From positions 1 through 41,959 of the forward strand of contig CAWHOE010000002.1 in assembly GCA_963830915.1 (NCBI GenBank): 41,959 nucleotides of DNA, in the 5' to 3' direction. The notes beneath the pieces are model-generated. The model saw only the letters and a list, made by a program, of their open reading frames with translations. It had not been told where the DNA came from and made no database searches. Source of the DNA: a candidate division FCPU426 bacterium (GTDB lineage Bacteria > Oederibacteriota > Muellerivitia > Muellerivitales > Muellerivitaceae). A program made the position numbers and the translations under genes. Position 1 is the first letter of the stretch. Each line of letters begins with the position of its first letter. This document shows positions 17,601 through 26,378 of the stretch, in pieces.

Positions 17601-18533
17601 ACCAATTTCGGCGGCGGGGGCGGGGGAGGTCTTGTCAGGGTCTGCGCGTCCAACCATATTCCTTTTCCCGGAGGTGTGAACGGAGGGATCAACAACGTAC
17701 AGGGGGGGCCTTCCGGAATAATGATGGGATCCGGAACTTACTTGATCGGCAACGGCAGTTATGGGTTTTATTACGATTGCAACCCGACTTTCACACCCAC
17801 ACTGGCCTTAACCTCCACACCCACGCCGACCCCCACGTCGACATTTACGGCGACCTTAACCCCTTCTTCCACCGGCACATCCACCTCGACCCCAACAGCT
17901 TCCAATACTTCGACGCCGTCCTCCACTAATACGCCGGCCGCGACTTTTACGCGAACCTCAACGGGCTCAGCGACTCCTTCTTCCACTCCGTCCCCGACCG
18001 CGTCCAATACTTCGACATCATCATCCACTAATACGCCGACCGCGACTTTTACGCAGACTTCCACGGACTCGGCTACCCCTTCTCCCACCCCATCCCCAAC
18101 CGCTACCAATACCTCCACACCATCCCCCACCAACTCGCCAACCCCTACGAATACAGCCACATCCTCTTCCACCCCGACCCACACTTTTTCACCGACCCCC
18201 ACACCTACTATCACCGACTCACCTACCCCCACCGCGAGCCCCGTTCCTTCCGTAGCCGAAGGAACAGTGGGCATCTACCCCAATCCCGCGCCGGGCGGGT
18301 CCGTATCCCTTCTTATCCCTCCCTATTGGGGAACCGGGGACGTGAGGATCCAGGTCTTTACGGTCGCCTTCCGCAAGGTCCGGGACCGGACTTTCCCGGT
18401 CACCAACTCGGGAACATCCCTGGAGATCACCCTCACCGACAACTGGGGCAAACCCCTGGCCAACGGTCTGTATTACGTGGCGGCCTGGACTCCCCGTGGC
18501 CGGTCGATCGGCAAATTGCTGATATTGCGCTGA
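14697..18533 (+). CDS. Secreted multidomain metzincin (M12B/reprolysin-like) protease with C-terminal sorting-type domain
   Basis: Signal peptide, prodomain, HETGHNFGCMHD, Met-turn DIMAY, Ig-like domain, jelly-roll-like domain, Thr/Pro linkers, Gly-rich domain, IYPNP...QVFTVAFRKV...GKPLANGLYY...GKLLILR. Confidence 0.85.
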   Translation: MKHISDQYIKVIRTFIGALCLTFLATGRVLPAPFQASAQDLFLDQAPPASAHTQPSRELRGRWASLKPGLLAELRDHFKGPGHKPSFRFNFFDDAAHELLIDRFHTTGPNRASLWGRVNGKPGGFAVIALEGNAMSARVFVPGEGTYRVHYAGNGVHRVWQEKEGTGSHCALEGPDAPVTSAFMPQEGQPLWLPQNYPVGCAYSGSPVVVDLLALYTPKALAEEGSLAALDTDMDEALAYTNMAYVNSQVNVEMRLVGLVPVSYNEAGISTDFSDLVNYASTPGLTNLAAWRTSYGADLVALVESDGAGTSTGGGGEIGGEAVIGGWLSVDTLDELDATLPHETGHNFGCMHDRQTLGEPTGNGYDFGYRFTAQGVTFHDIMAYDPGATIPYFSNPNVSYFGVPEGVPDTDPTAADTARVINQYAPSVAAYEPTASGDTLPSVEVISPAPGLSVPGPAGVTLSADATANNGGSIAQVDFFVDSLYVGTSTSAPFQYFWQTVSEGSHFVTAHAIDNGGGLRFSCPVSFYAPKTLPSPWVDQDVGPFISPAGSANYSAGTFTLNASYYDPLRVTYPDNDASYESVHYVYQPFCGNGAVTARIVSETSGGGDEPGCFVGVMFRQSLAPESPMVWVGYQNYGGWDVPTSFYRATASAQDTNGPNINVPGLPYWVSLSRTGDVFQWSFSPDGVAWTTDPTWTTTIPMGTNIYVGLAATSGNPALLNTAVVDNVSVTMACVPPTYTPTPTITQTFTVTLTPTLTLTPTMTPTATPLPCALVIPSGASVTLSNNTYSFCSVNVQSGGTLIIGGAVTLNLTGFLNVDGTINGAGNGYGSSFAPGSGPGAGGNSITTGGACGGGHGGSGGFGNGMFHGIAGATYDSPTQPVSMGSQGGTGFGPSNTGGYGGAALVVDVPAGNVTINGNIIMNGGSASSIGNGGGGSGGTISIDAVGIYGTGYLMAEGGMGGANSAGVTNFGGGGGGGLVRVCASNHIPFPGGVNGGINNVQGGPSGIMMGSGTYLIGNGSYGFYYDCNPTFTPTLALTSTPTPTPTSTFTATLTPSSTGTSTSTPTASNTSTPSSTNTPAATFTRTSTGSATPSSTPSPTASNTSTSSSTNTPTATFTQTSTDSATPSPTPSPTATNTSTPSPTNSPTPTNTATSSSTPTHTFSPTPTPTITDSPTPTASPVPSVAEGTVGIYPNPAPGGSVSLLIPPYWGTGDVRIQVFTVAFRKVRDRTFPVTNSGTSLEITLTDNWGKPLANGLYYVAAWTPRGRSIGKLLILR
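17901..18140 (+). repeat. 102-bp (34-aa) tandem duplication in Ser/Thr/Pro linker
   Basis: (T/A)CCAATAC recurs at 17901, 18003 and 18105; SNTSTPSSTNTPAATFTRTSTGSATPS vs SNTSTSSSTNTPTATFTQTSTDSATPS. Confidence 0.75.
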
Positions 18534-18549
18534 ATCACAGGAAACGAAC

Positions 18550-20103
18550 GTGGAACACGCGACGAACCCTGACCATAAATTATTCCGGAAGATAAGGGCG
18601 ATTCCCAGATGGAAAAACGTCCGGGTCTTTTGGATGTATCTGATATGGCTATCGGCAACCCTGGCCGCGGGGCAAAATCTCAATATCACCAAAAGCATGA
18701 GCACCACGAACCTTTACAACGGCGAGGCGGTCACCTGTTGCCTGACCGTGACCGCGTCAGGCTCTCCTGAAGCCGACATATGCTGGGTTCTGGACATTAC
18801 CGGTTCCATGGGAGCTGAAATAACTTACCTCGAATCAGACCTCTCTACCTTTACAAGTCAACTTGCAGCTTCCGGGATCGATTATCAAAACGGGCTTGTG
18901 GCTTTTCGGGATGTCAGTGAATGCAATAGCATCGGAAATCCCTTATATCCCGATATGGCGACCTTTCCCTTGACCCCCAATAACAGCGCATTCCTAGGAT
19001 ATGTCAGCTCCCAAATCATAGGCGGGGGAGGTGATGTGCCTGAATCTTCCCTGGAAGGCCTTCAAGCCGCTGTTTTCCCGACCGACTATTGCGGCGATCC
19101 CACGGTTCCCATGGCCTGGCGGCCAGGAGCGTCCCACACCCTCATTTTGATCACCGACGCTGGGTTTCACGCCTCGGATTATGACGGACTCAGCTCCCTT
19201 TCCAGTTCCTTTCCCGTTTCTCTTTACAATTTAGGCTACAACATTGACGTGATCAGCAATGACTGTTCCAATCCAACGTACCAAGCCTATTGCACAAATG
19301 CCTTCACATGCACTACTTGCAATCCAGCGGCGATCCCCCCTGAGGCTGGCGGTGTTTTTCAACAATTGACCCGCTCCGCTTCTGATTGGAGCGGATTTCT
19401 ATCGGCCCTTGCCACGAAAGTCGGGTCGTTGACGAATGTGGTGATCCAAGATCCCCTGCCGCCACAACTCGTCCCTGTTTCTTCCGGTTCCGCTGGGGAA
19501 AGCATCGCCGGGAACACGGTTTATTTCACCATTCCTTCCATCAGCCTCTCCGGCACGCCCACACCCATCGAGTATTGTTTCCCCGTCACCGTGAGCGCCA
19601 CTAGTTCCGGCTCGGTTAGTAATACGGCGTATATTTCAGCCAACGGCGTCAGCCAGATCACCTCCAACACCGTGATCGGAGTGATCGAACCGGATACTTT
19701 TACACCGACCCAGACACCCACCAACACCCCTACCCTTACCCCGACCGGGACGAATTCCCCCACTATCACCTTTACCCCCACCCGGACACCCACGCCGACC
19801 TCCACTTTTACCCCCACGCCCACCCACACTCCCACCTGCGAGACCCATGTCTGGCCAGACCCCTACAACCCGAAATGGGCGGTGAGGGGATGGCTCAAGG
19901 TGGATTGCCTGCCATCAGGCGCGGTCGTTTCCTTCTATACTGTTTCGGGGGAATGGGTCCAAAAAGTCCATGAATCCGAAGGATTGGCCCTTTGGGACGG
20001 TCGAAATCGTTTTGGAATAGCTGTTTCACCGGGCATATACTTTTATGTGGTCGAGATGGGCTCCAATGTCCTGAAGCGGGGTAAATTCCTGGTGGCGAAG
20101 TGA
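18550..20103 (+). CDS. Secreted vWA-domain protein with DUF11-like domain, Thr/Pro linker and C-terminal sorting-type domain
   Basis: MIDAS VLDITGSM, GGGDVPES, LILITDA; ITKS...VT..LTVT and NVVIQDPLP, SNTAY; VWPDPYNP...FYTVSGE.V...WDGRN..G..VSPGIYFY...GKFLVAK. Start uncertain. Confidence 0.85.
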   Translation: MEHATNPDHKLFRKIRAIPRWKNVRVFWMYLIWLSATLAAGQNLNITKSMSTTNLYNGEAVTCCLTVTASGSPEADICWVLDITGSMGAEITYLESDLSTFTSQLAASGIDYQNGLVAFRDVSECNSIGNPLYPDMATFPLTPNNSAFLGYVSSQIIGGGGDVPESSLEGLQAAVFPTDYCGDPTVPMAWRPGASHTLILITDAGFHASDYDGLSSLSSSFPVSLYNLGYNIDVISNDCSNPTYQAYCTNAFTCTTCNPAAIPPEAGGVFQQLTRSASDWSGFLSALATKVGSLTNVVIQDPLPPQLVPVSSGSAGESIAGNTVYFTIPSISLSGTPTPIEYCFPVTVSATSSGSVSNTAYISANGVSQITSNTVIGVIEPDTFTPTQTPTNTPTLTPTGTNSPTITFTPTRTPTPTSTFTPTPTHTPTCETHVWPDPYNPKWAVRGWLKVDCLPSGAVVSFYTVSGEWVQKVHESEGLALWDGRNRFGIAVSPGIYFYVVEMGSNVLKRGKFLVAK

Positions 20104-20138
20104 ACCAACCCCTCCCCAAATATTCAAAGGCAGCTCTT

Positions 20139-21624
20139 ATGAACTGGAAAATGATCTTCTTTTTGTTTCTTGGGCTGAGCTTCGTCAACCCGGTCCTCGC
20201 AGTCACGGAAGCGGATTATTACAACACCGGGCTGAAATTTTTCACGGCCAAGAATTATCCCCAGGCCATCCAATACTTCGGCGCGGCCTTGAGCCTGGAT
20301 CCGCACAATTCCCCGGCGCTTCAAGGACGGGCCGATAGTTATTATGAATTGGGCCGTTACGCGGAAGCCTTGAGGGATTACGAGGCGGTCAAGGCCTTGA
20401 AACCCTCCGACCAGACCGTGATGGAATTGGGCCCCCCCGACGAGTTGTCCCAAAGGATCCCAGGAACTCCAGGCCAAGTTGTCCACCCCCTCGCCTACGC
20501 CGGGAACAAGCCCGCCAGTGCCCGTCGACGCCTTTACCGGCGGAACCGATCTATTGCTTCAAAAAAAATACGCGTCAGCCCTTCCCTATTTTCAACAAGC
20601 CTCGCGGGAACATCCCGGCGACCCCAAGACATCCTATTACCTGGGCGTGGTTGAATTGATGCTGGGGGAAAAGAAAGAAGCGGTCCTGGCCCTGAGCCAC
20701 ACCGTTCTGTTGAGACCCGATACCTCCTTGACGGCTTATATCGATAAGCTCAAAGCCGGTTTGTCACCCGCGGACAGACAGTGGGTGGATGCCCGATCTC
20801 CCCAACCAAAGAACCCGAGATCGAAAAAGCCGCCGCCTCCCAAGCCGGAGGATTTCGGCTTCCGTCTTTTTCCCGCCATGGTCCTGTCTGGTTCAGGCAG
20901 TTTCGATACCAACGCCCAGTCCCTTCGAAACGATATCGCGCTGATGCAATCCTCCGATACCGGTTTGTCTTATAACGGCGCCGTCCCCCAGGGAGCTCTT
21001 AATCTAGGGGTCGAACCATTCTTGAATTTGTGGGATCAATTCGAGCTTGGGTTGCCGCTGGCTTACCTACCGCTGGGTACGGCTAAAAACACGGTCACCG
21101 ACACGAATGGGGACAACTATACCGATTCTTATGGGATCAGCGGCTGGTCCGTGGGCTTGAACGTCCGATACCTGATAGGGTCGGGACCTTTCCAGCCTTT
21201 CCTGTCCCTGGGCGGATTCTTGGCCTTCCTATCGGTCGATTACACGAACACCTACGATTTTCCCGGTCTTTCCTCCGGCACGGTCACAGGTTCCTTTTCC
21301 GCGCTGGGCCTGGGCGCGCAGGTCCAGGCGGGAGTGGATTGGCGTTTATGGGACAACCTCATGGTTTCCCCATTCGCCGGTTACCAATTGGCCGACACCA
21401 ATTCCCTGAGCGGAAAACTGAATAACACTTCAGGCCAGTTGGAAACCATCCCTACCGCCGGGGGCCGGGTGATCGCCTCTGTTTCCAACGGCACGCTGGC
21501 CGCTCCGGTCTTCACCGACGCCGGGGTCCTTTTGCCAGGGAGCCCCGTTCCCTCGGGCGCCCAATCTTTTGGAATGGATCTGAGCGGTTTCAAGGCTGGA
21601 TTACAAATATCAGCGTTCTTTTGA
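20139..21624 (+). CDS. TPR-repeat plus outer-membrane beta-barrel protein (one frameshift near 20460)
   Basis: Signal peptide, TPRs. Removing one C in GATCCCAGG gives QRIQELQAKLSTPSP and joins both ORFs. OMP-like strands and C-terminal GLQISAFF. Confidence 0.75.
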
Positions 21625-21643
21625 GCGCGGAAGGGAGGATGCC

Positions 21644-22762
21644 ATGAAAAAGATGTTGACCATCGCGGTCTTGATTTTGGCGGGTCTATTAACCTTTGGC
21701 TGCCAAAAAACCTATATCGTCGATCCCCTCCCGGCGTCCGCGGCCCATTGGCAGAACGTCGGGAGAACGACTTTTACCGCCAGCAATCCTTACGACACCT
21801 CGCTCTTCGTTTACAACGGGGAACCTTACGCGGCTTTCATGGACGCGGCCCATTCCGACTCTCTCACAACGATGGTTGACAAGGGAGGGGCCATTCCCGT
21901 CGCGACTCCGATCCCCTGGCAAACCGTCGGGAACGCCGGTTTTACCCCCGGCGGAATCTACAACCCATCTCTTTTCCTTTACAACGGAACTCCCTACGCG
22001 GCTTTTGCCGATACGAACGGCCATCCCTCGGTGATGGAATATAACGGAACCGCCTGGGTCACGATCGGCGCTACCGCCTTTTTCCCAACTCCGGTGCAGA
22101 CCTTATCCTTGGTTGTATACCAAGGAACGCCTTTCCTTTTATTCGAGGATGATGACGCGGGCAGCAGCGGAACGGTGATGAGTTATAACGGTAGCGCCTG
22201 GGTGACCGTGGGCAGCCCGGATTTCACCCCTCCCATGATCTATGAACCATCCCTTTTTATAGACCACGGAACCCCCTATGTGACTTATCAAGACCAAGGA
22301 ACCGATAGTCATGTCTCCGCGATGACATACAACGGCACCGCCTGGGTGACCGTTGGCAGCCCGGATTTCACCCCCAACGAAGCCCTTTACCCGTCGATCT
22401 TCGTCGACAACGGAACGCCCTATGTGGCTTTTATGGATATATCGACTTCCAAAGCCTCTGTGATGAAGTACAACGGAAGCGCTTGGGTGAACGTGGGTAA
22501 CCCAAATTTTTCCCCAGGCGGGATCCAGTTCACCTCGCTCGCCGTCTACAACGGGACACCCTATGTGGCGTTTGGCGATTTGAACACGTCCCAAAAAGGC
22601 GCGTCCGTCATGAAGTTCAACGGAAGTTCCTGGGTTTATGTGGGGAACGCTGGCTTCTCTTCCGTTGAGGCCGTTGCCCCATCATTGTTCATTGACAACG
22701 GAACGCCCTATGTGACATTCCAGGATCCCAGCAACAATGTTTACGTGATGAAGTACCAGTGA
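21644..22762 (+). CDS. Lipoprotein with seven ~47-aa repeats (predicted beta-propeller)
   Basis: Lipobox LLTFGC; seven W..[VI]G...F......SL....G[TE]P[YF]....D repeats. GGGAGG RBS. Confidence 0.85.
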   Translation: MKKMLTIAVLILAGLLTFGCQKTYIVDPLPASAAHWQNVGRTTFTASNPYDTSLFVYNGEPYAAFMDAAHSDSLTTMVDKGGAIPVATPIPWQTVGNAGFTPGGIYNPSLFLYNGTPYAAFADTNGHPSVMEYNGTAWVTIGATAFFPTPVQTLSLVVYQGTPFLLFEDDDAGSSGTVMSYNGSAWVTVGSPDFTPPMIYEPSLFIDHGTPYVTYQDQGTDSHVSAMTYNGTAWVTVGSPDFTPNEALYPSIFVDNGTPYVAFMDISTSKASVMKYNGSAWVNVGNPNFSPGGIQFTSLAVYNGTPYVAFGDLNTSQKGASVMKFNGSSWVYVGNAGFSSVEAVAPSLFIDNGTPYVTFQDPSNNVYVMKYQ

Positions 22763-22950
22763 TGGTTATCGATGGCACAATCTCGACGACAACCCTCGTT
22801 ATTCCTGTGTTTGACCGAAAAAGGGACGATTTATCCACTTCTTTCCCTGAATTGGTCTAATGTAGTAGGTCTACCCTTTGAGCTGAAAAGCCTTAGGGGA
22901 GGGATTTTTCGGGGACGGTTCGTTTTTAAAGGATCCCCGCCGGATCCATC

Positions 22951-23325
22951 TTGGAAGGGAAGGTTTTCTTGCAAATCAGCGAAAAAGATCTGGGGAAAAT
23001 AGTTCAATTGCCCGTCCGGCCTAAATGGGGCATGGGCATCATCAGTAAGATCGAAAGCCGTTTCGCTTTCATCATGTTCGAGACCGCCGAGGATAAGATC
23101 CCGAAGAAATATTACCTGGCGGAGAACCAGCTGAAGCTGGCGACCGATCAAAATCATCCGCTCCTGACCAAACGCGCCCGCGTGAGGAACAAAAAGATCA
23201 AGATCAAGGTTAAGCCGGTCGTAGCCGCGCCTGAAACGGCCGTGGTCAAACCGGTGAACGTCGCCGCCAAGCCGGCGAAGGCCGCCAAGACCTCAAAAAA
23301 AGCCACCGCCAAGATCAAAGCCTGA
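22951..23325 (+). CDS. Small basic protein, DUF3553-like domain with Lys/Ala tail
   Basis: GKIVQLPVRPKWGMGIISKI SH3-like motif; AAKPAKAAKTSKKATAKIKA tail. TTG start uncertain. Confidence 0.6.
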   Translation: MEGKVFLQISEKDLGKIVQLPVRPKWGMGIISKIESRFAFIMFETAEDKIPKKYYLAENQLKLATDQNHPLLTKRARVRNKKIKIKVKPVVAAPETAVVKPVNVAAKPAKAAKTSKKATAKIKA

Positions 23326-23334
23326 CCATCGGTT

Positions 23335-24270
23335 TTATCGGATTCCTTTAGAGAGCGCCTCTTGGATGAAATTCGAGACTTCCAGGATGATGGAACTCGT
23401 GATCTTATGCCCGATCGGGTGCTCCCTTAAAACAGGATGGTATCCAGCCTGCTTCAACACCCCCATCGTTCGGACGATATCCTCTTCCTGAACGATGGGG
23501 TCCATGGTCCCATGTTCCAGCAGGATGGGCGTTCCCGATGGGGCCTTGGGATGGGCCATGGTCCTTTCCGGATAGGCCAGATAACCGCAAATGGAAACAA
23601 TGGCCGCGATGTTCCCCTGGTAGTTCAACCCCGCCGTCAGGGCCATGACGCCCCCTTGGGAAGTCCCCAGGATGATCACGGGTCTTGGCTTGGGCGAGCT
23701 GACCGGAGTGGCCGTGGGCGCGGGTAAGGCGGTTGGGGTTGTCGTGACAACGGCCCCATTCGAATTCTCATCCTGATCCTCGTCCGTATTGTCGCTAGAG
23801 TCCTTGACCGTGTCCGGATCGGTGTTCACGGTCGAAATATCCTCGTTGTCATCCTTAGCGTTCCCTTCCCTGTTCTCGGACATATACTCGGTGGAAAAAT
23901 ACTTCATGACCGTGAAAAGGTAATCCCGGCTGTATTCCATATCCCGGAAGTCGTGGGTGAACCGGCCGTACCAGACGTGAGGCCCATAGGAGGAACGATT
24001 GTAAGGAAGCGGGCCGTCCGGCAACACCAACAGGCAGGGCGGGAGGTCGAGTTCGTCGCCAATATAGATCATGCTGTCCGCCGTGCTTTCGGCCCCGTGC
24101 AGGATCAGGACCACCGGCGCGTCAGGAGGAAGGTCCTTCGGGCCGATCACCAAACAGCGGTGCCCCTGGACATAAACCTCGGAATAAGCCGAGGTCCCTC
24201 CCACCGGATAGGCGAATAAAAGCAATCCCACGAAAGCCAGCCAGCCTTTCGTCAGAAAAAAATCTTTCAT
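23335..24270 (-). CDS. Exported phospholipase/carboxylesterase (alpha/beta hydrolase)
   Basis: LILHG, GTSQGG nucleophile, HGTMDPIV Asp, GH His; signal peptide. ATGA overlap with upstream gene. Confidence 0.85.
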   Translation of the reverse strand: MKDFFLTKGWLAFVGLLLFAYPVGGTSAYSEVYVQGHRCLVIGPKDLPPDAPVVLILHGAESTADSMIYIGDELDLPPCLLVLPDGPLPYNRSSYGPHVWYGRFTHDFRDMEYSRDYLFTVMKYFSTEYMSENREGNAKDDNEDISTVNTDPDTVKDSSDNTDEDQDENSNGAVVTTTPTALPAPTATPVSSPKPRPVIILGTSQGGVMALTAGLNYQGNIAAIVSICGYLAYPERTMAHPKAPSGTPILLEHGTMDPIVQEEDIVRTMGVLKQAGYHPVLREHPIGHKITSSIILEVSNFIQEALSKGIR

Positions 24271-24926
24271 TGTTCCCCGCATGCCGCGTCGTCGCATCCA
24301 CCCGACCAAATATCGATCAGGCTTAACTTTCCCCTTTTATCGAAATCCAGATAGATCCATATCCGATCGCAGTATTTCTGAGGGGAGCCATCCATGCCCT
24401 TTCCGGTCACGGTCTTTCGGTAAGTCACACTTTGCGTCCCCTTCTTCTTCAACGCTTCCTCCACGGCCCACCCGCCGCCTACCGAGCCGGCAAAGACCTT
24501 TTCAACGTCTTTCGCGTCCATGCCCAAATGAAAACCGCCCGCCTCGATCCTTTCGATCGACGATCTCAAGACCGTTTTACCTTTGGCTTTTTTCCCGTCG
24601 ATGGTTTTTAGCTTGTACCCCGTCGTGCATTCGGTGATCTGGAACGTGATCATTTGCGAATGGTTTTGAAGGACATATTCCACGCTTCCCACGTAACCGG
24701 CCGCGTCGCCCTTCGCGAGCTGTTTTGTCTTTCCCAGTTTCTTGAAAACTTCCAGGAAGTCCCCGTCCGCGCTTTTCAGGTCATTGATGTCGATATCCAG
24801 GACTTTCAAAAAAATGACCGGGTCCAGGGCGAAGGTTTTGCGGGGAAAAAAACGGCCGCGATCAACAGGAATAAAAGCCAAAGAAGAATTTTCATAAAAA
24901 CCCCTAAGTTGATTGACGTCTGACAT
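24267..24926 (-). CDS. Hypothetical protein
   Basis: 219-aa ORF whose stop overlaps the esterase ATG; no recognised motif. Confidence 0.6.
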   Translation of the reverse strand: MSDVNQLRGFYENSSLAFIPVDRGRFFPRKTFALDPVIFLKVLDIDINDLKSADGDFLEVFKKLGKTKQLAKGDAAGYVGSVEYVLQNHSQMITFQITECTTGYKLKTIDGKKAKGKTVLRSSIERIEAGGFHLGMDAKDVEKVFAGSVGGGWAVEEALKKKGTQSVTYRKTVTGKGMDGSPQKYCDRIWIYLDFDKRGKLSLIDIWSGGCDDAACGEQ

Positions 24927-24955
24927 TGTCCAAGAATAACTAATAAAACCTATTT

Positions 24956-25070
24956 TTCACCACCAAGTCACCAAGGACCCAAGAACTTATAAAGACTAAA
25001 TTGTTAAAAACAAATCAAAACCGAACTTTTTTTGTTTTGCTTTTCTTGGTGTCTTTGTGCCTCGGTGGTT
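24956..25070. repeat. REPIN-like element with inverted periodic arms
   Basis: CACCACCAAGTCACCAAGGACCCAAGAA ... TTCTTGGTGTCTTTGTGCCTCGGTGGT around an AT-rich spacer. Confidence 0.75.
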
Positions 25071-25102
25071 CAAATTGCCTTTTTCAAAATTTGTTAGAAA
25101 TT

Positions 25103-25627
25103 CTAGATCGTATCCAAAGCGGATGAATCATAATAATTCAATTCTCTAAATCTTGAGTATTTCCCTGTCTCGACATCGAAATTCAAAGAGAGGGTCGGCA
25201 TTTTGACTTCCCCGGCGATCGGGGATTCCTTCTTCGAATTCCCGGGGTCTCGGCACAGCAAAACTGAGATGGTTTTCTTGCCTTTTTTATAGATCCCGAT
25301 GTAATCGCGGTGATATTGGGGCAGTAAGGTTGAAAGATCCTTGATCTTGACGCTTGAGAGGACGTATTTGGGCAGACCTTTTTCTAATCTCGCCACATCT
25401 TTCGGGGTCGGGACCCAACATTCGCTTACAGAACCATCCTTACCGGAACAGGGAGAAATATACCCATAATAACCATCGCCCCGGACATTCACCTCCAGCT
25501 TCGCGGCCGGAGTGGTGACCAACCTAGGAGTTGGCTGGGAATCGGACGCGCCCTGTCCCAAAGCGCTTGACGCCGTAAAAACGATCCAAACAACAAGGGC
25601 GTTTAAACAAAGGATGTTTACTTTCAT
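25103..25627 (-). CDS. Exported hypothetical protein
   Basis: Signal peptide ending SSALG; 174 aa. Confidence 0.7.
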   Translation of the reverse strand: MKVNILCLNALVVWIVFTASSALGQGASDSQPTPRLVTTPAAKLEVNVRGDGYYGYISPCSGKDGSVSECWVPTPKDVARLEKGLPKYVLSSVKIKDLSTLLPQYHRDYIGIYKKGKKTISVLLCRDPGNSKKESPIAGEVKMPTLSLNFDVETGKYSRFRELNYYDSSALDTI

Positions 25628-25655
25628 GGCGCTTAACTTATCAAACGCTCAGGGT

Positions 25656-26378
25656 TCAGGCCAGTAAGATTTCAGCCTCCGCGGAATCCCGCAAGACCCC
25701 ATCCTGAAGGCTCACTTGGCGGTCCGCCAAACGGGCCAATTGCGGGTTATGGGTGACCATGATGATGGTGATTCCGTCCTGCTGGTTCAGGGTCTTGAGC
25801 AGGTCGCCGATCTCATGACTACGCTTCATGTCCAGGTTGCCCGTGGGCTCATCGGCCAGCAATATCTCCGGCTTGTTGGCCAGGGCCCTCGCCACCGCGA
25901 CTCTCTGCATCTCCCCGCCCGAAAGCTGGCCCGGCAGATGGTGGATCCGGTGCTCCAACCCCAGGCGCTGGAGGATATCCATGACCTCCCCGCTCAGGGA
26001 CTCCTTCTTATAGAAGGTGAATGGAAGCAGGGTGTTTTCCAGGACCGTCAGGGTCGGGATCAGGTAAAAACTCTGGAAGATGTAGCCGAAGTATTTCCGC
26101 CGGATGGCCGTCAGTTTGGATTCAGACAGCGGCAGTTTTCGCCCGTTGAACAATTCCTCATCGCCCACGCTAAGCGTTCCCGAGGTCGGATTGTCCAGGC
26201 ACCCCAGGATATTGACCAGGGTGGTCTTGCCCGAGCCGGACGGCCCGACAAAGGACACGAACTCCCCCTTCTTGATCTCCAGCGAGACATGGTTGATGGC
26301 CAACACGTCCTCGCTACCGCGCTTGTACACCTTCACGATGTCCTCGGCCTTGATGATGGTCTTCTTTTCGTTGGTCAT
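25656..26378 (-). CDS. ABC transporter ATP-binding protein (LolD/MacB-type)
   Basis: [41 protein letters not shown] overlap with permease. Confidence 0.93.
   Translation of the reverse strand: MTNEKKTIIKAEDIVKVYKRGSEDVLAINHVSLEIKKGEFVSFVGPSGSGKTTLVNILGCLDNPTSGTLSVGDEELFNGRKLPLSESKLTAIRRKYFGYIFQSFYLIPTLTVLENTLLPFTFYKKESLSGEVMDILQRLGLEHRIHHLPGQLSGGEMQRVAVARALANKPEILLADEPTGNLDMKRSHEIGDLLKTLNQQDGITIIMVTHNPQLARLADRQVSLQDGVLRDSAEAEILLA

Noticed and set aside
21730..22760. CRISPR array or DGR-like repeats
   Set aside because: The repeats are in-frame protein repeats with synonymous variation; no cas or reverse transcriptase gene in the window.
22773..22788. TGGCAC as a third sigma-54 promoter
   Set aside because: The -12 element reads CGAC rather than TTGC.
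24868..24900. GGAATAAAA as another ECF promoter copy
   Set aside because: Lacks the AACCCTCATC box at N12 and lies antisense inside a CDS.
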